From NCBI GenBank assembly GCA_043228905.1, contig JBHGNT010001190.1:1-11105 (forward strand): a stretch of DNA of 11,105 nucleotides, read 5' to 3'. Shown here piece by piece: positions 8,812-11,105 of the stretch. The notes below the pieces were generated by a model. It had not been told where the DNA came from, did not search any database, and saw only the letters and a program-made list of their open reading frames with translations. The DNA comes from Azolla caroliniana. Its lineage: Eukaryota; Plantae; Polypodiophyta. The first letter of the stretch is position 1, and the number at the start of each line of letters is the position of its first letter. The position numbers and the translations under genes are program-made.

Positions 8812-9063
8812 TAGGGGTTGAAGCACGCTACGGTGTACCAAAAATGTATTGTTGTTGGCCAAAAAAAACACGAGTACTGTTAGTACTGAGTGATTTAAAA
8901 AAAATAAAAAATAATTAAAATCTTTTTAGGGAGTGGTGTACGTTGCATTAAAGACAGGGAATGGGTGGGGGGACAGTTGCTATGTATTCAAGACTGTTTT
9001 GGGGGCTATTTCCCCCTCACGTTTAATTTAGGATGCCACATTAAATCCTTTTGGCGCTTCTCC

Positions 9064-9222
9064 TCTTCTGCCTTCCAACTGAGACAATGCAGGTCTTCAC
9101 AACACACTTTGGTCTTTCGCCTTCCAACTCAGGTCTTCACAGCGCTCTCTGGTCTTCCGCCTTCCAACTCAGGTCTTCACAGTGCTCTCTGGTCTTCCGC
9201 CTTCCAACTCAGGTCTTCACAA
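9064..9222 (+). repeat. Minisatellite, 40-bp unit, ~4 copies
   Basis: CTTCCAACTCAGGTCTTCACAGCGCTCTCTGGTCTTCCGC at 9121-9160 and 9161-9200, partial at 9201-9222, with a diverged copy upstream carrying a short insertion. Confidence 0.92.
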
Positions 9223-9260
9223 CGCACGCGAAACCTGATTTGCTATTCTCTGCGTCACTC

Positions 9261-9324
9261 GTCTTCCCCATCTTCTCCTTCCATCGGTATGTCTTCTCCA
9301 TCTTCTCTTTCACTCGGTATGTCT
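9261..9324 (+). repeat. 30-bp tandem duplication
   Basis: GTCTTCCCCATCTTCTCCTTCCATCGGTAT / GTCTTCTCCATCTTCTCTTTCACTCGGTAT / GTCT. Confidence 0.85.
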
Positions 9325-10154
9325 GCGCCTATTTCTATAAAGTGGTTATTTCTATACAGTACTGTTAATTGAATGTATACTCTAGCAATCTTACATTAGC
9401 ACGTATGAAGATTAATGTTGAATAGGAATCTTAAAATAATGTAAACATGACATGATAACATGAATCTGAAATATTTACACCAACCAAGTGGTTAGAACCT
9501 GCATATTTGGAGTCTGTAATGTTCTAACCAATGGTTTCAACCAAGTGCTTCTGGTCATTTTACTGATCATTGTGGATGTTTTAATGATATAATGGATTAG
9601 CAACATCTAGGCTGGGCTTGTAAAATGACCAACTAGGAGCAACAAAATATACAGTTTGAGTTGACATAAGTTATTCATCATGGAAAACGCTAAACATAAA
9701 TTGTTTTTGTATGTTTTGGAAATCTTCAGGGGAGTCTTAAATTGATCCATGTTAAGGTTTTATATGGGTTGAAATGTTTAACATGAATACCAATATGTTA
9801 ATAAGGCTTGATAAACGTGCATTTTTGATGGAAAAAGCAAATGAATAGTGTTTGTGTTATGAACTCATGCATAACATGAGTTATGTTATACTTATCTTAG
9901 TCTTAAACTCTAGTTAAGAAGACTTCATGATGTAAATAGTATGCATGCATCTCATCATCTTGTGAGTCATAAAACTTATGTATTTCAAACAACAAGTTAA
10001 TTGATGCAATTATTTCTTAAAAGTTAATTGTTTTGGAAAACGAATATATGACTATGGCAAACTCTCAAATGTTTATCCAATTTCCAGTTGATGTTTATGC
10101 TATGGGGTTATTAACTATGTTTATTTTATGATGTATTAAGCACTTATTCTAATT

Positions 10155-10194
10155 AATTAGGTGTTGAAATAACAAGAAATTAGGTGTTGGAATA
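10155..10194 (+). repeat. Short direct repeat (23-bp period) containing AG|G acceptor-like sites
   Basis: AATTAGGTGTTGAAATA (10155-10171) and AATTAGGTGTTGGAATA (10178-10194). Confidence 0.75.
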
Positions 10195-10195
10195 T

Positions 10196-11105
10196 ATGAG
10201 AGTGACAATGGTTGTCGATGAGGAGAGCGAGGTGTCCCTTAGCAAATCTATGTCTGAGAGGAGCAAGAGACGGTTGGTTCTTCACATAGTCCATTATTTA
10301 CTAGAAGTAATTGAGAGATTTAGCTAGGAGGATCGTAGGGATATTATCTCTAGAGTGTTGCACTATCAACTTTTGAATGAAGACATGGAGAATATTAAGT
10401 TTAGGGACCAATGTGTTTCAGAGGAAATCGTAGAGTGTATGAAGTCATCCCTACACTTAGTGAAAGGGGTAGAGAGCATAGATAAGCTTGGTGCAAAGAG
10501 AGCAGCCCTTCACATGGTTGTAAATGGTACAACTAAAAAAAAATATAGTGATACTAAAGTTGCCTTAGCACTTGGTATCCAAAGAAAGAACTTGAGGAAG
10601 CATCGGACAAATATACAATCAAATCAATTTAAGTGGTTGGGGTTAGGTCGTAGACGACAATGTGATGCATTGTCTCATGAGATTATTGAGGAAGTGGGTT
10701 TCTTTTGGGCAAAAAACACACGTGTCTCACCGAATAAAAAAGATGTATGTAGACAACGTATAAGTCGAGGTAGGTACCAGATTCACCCAAGACACTTCTT
10801 GGAGATGACTGAGGTAATTCAATTTTTTATCTATTTGGTTTTAAATATTTTGTTGTTTACTAAATGCTTCTATTAATGTTGCCTCTTTATTGAGTGATGT
10901 AGGCTGAATTGTTCATGAACTTCAAAGACCAACATCCTAGCATCAATCTTGGATTTCGCAGGTTCCAAGGTTTGAAACCATTTTTTGTTAGAAAGTTAAA
11001 GGAGAGGAACACATGTTGTTGTGTGTACCACATTAAAATGGACATGTTAAGGCTTGGCGTGAACAATATGCGTACTAATTCTAAGGGTATACACGAGGAT
11101 TGGTG
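10196..11105 (+). pseudogene. Intron-containing, basic, Cys/His-motif protein, likely the N-terminal half of a transposase (Sola-like); 3'-incomplete
   Basis: ATGs at 10196 and 10208 are in frame with ORF 10355-10876, with one premature TAG at 10325. A phase-0 GT..AG intron at 10814-10902 joins ...TRVSPNKKDV...HPRHFLEMTE to AELFMNFKDQHPSINLGFRRFQGLKPFFVRKLKERNTCCCVYHIKMD..., which is open to the window end. Confidence 0.65.

Larger units (their letters stand above)
4069..8814 (+). mobile_element. Degenerate Ty3/Gypsy chromovirus, cassette 2 (leader-gag-pol-PPT-partial 3' LTR; no 5' LTR)
   Basis: Complete domain order gag-PR-RT-RH-IN-CHD, followed by a PPT and a TG-initiated LTR. Confidence 0.95.
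8643..8814 (+). repeat. 5' (U3) part of the 3' LTR of cassette 2, apparently truncated
   Basis: Starts TGTCATGACA directly after the PPT and contains a tRNA-like module and GAAnnTTC motifs. The right boundary is inferred from a change in sequence character after CTAG (8811-8814). Confidence 0.7.
8815..11105 (+). mobile_element. Putative DNA transposon (Sola-like), left part
   Basis: The LTR-like sequence switches at CTAG|GGGTTGAAGCACGCTACGGTGTACC, followed by subterminal repeats and a transposase-like spliced ORF. The right TIR and TSD are not in the window. The family call comes from recalled motifs, not a search. Confidence 0.45.

Noticed and set aside
9064-9324. CRISPR-like repeat array
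   Set aside because: The units are contiguous near-identical repeats with no unique spacers or cas genes, in a eukaryotic context.
8965-9372. ORFs of 135 aa and 105 aa
   Set aside because: Both have non-ATG starts and are translations of stop-poor tandem repeats.
10814-10876. Hydrophobic C-terminal tail (VIQFFIYLVLNILLF) of the 173-aa ORF as a transmembrane anchor
   Set aside because: It is read-through into a T-rich GT..AG intron.

Overview
AT-rich eukaryotic repeat DNA made entirely of decayed, nested transposons. It looks like land-plant DNA, and bryophyte (Physcomitrium-like) is an inference. No intact host gene is visible. Two diverged Ty3/Gypsy chromovirus cassettes (Tcn1/Tf1-like) lie head-to-tail on +. 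Cassette 1 (~291-4068, PR-RT-[RNase H deleted]-IN-chromo) is joined to cassette 2 (4248-8650, gag-PR-RT-RH-IN-chromo) by only ~180 bp of pyrimidine-rich leader, with no recognisable PPT, LTR or PBS between them. Cassette 1 is preceded by a probable LTR 3' end (1-~290) and split by a 740-bp TG..CA solo-LTR-like insertion (1733-2472). Cassette 2 ends in a PPT and a 3' LTR (from 8643), which appears cut at ~8815 by a putative Sola-like DNA transposon with an intron-containing transposase-like pseudogene running off the window. The most notable signal is that two different LTRs each carry a related tRNA-derived A-box/B-box (Pol III-type) module near their U3 end, pointing outward.
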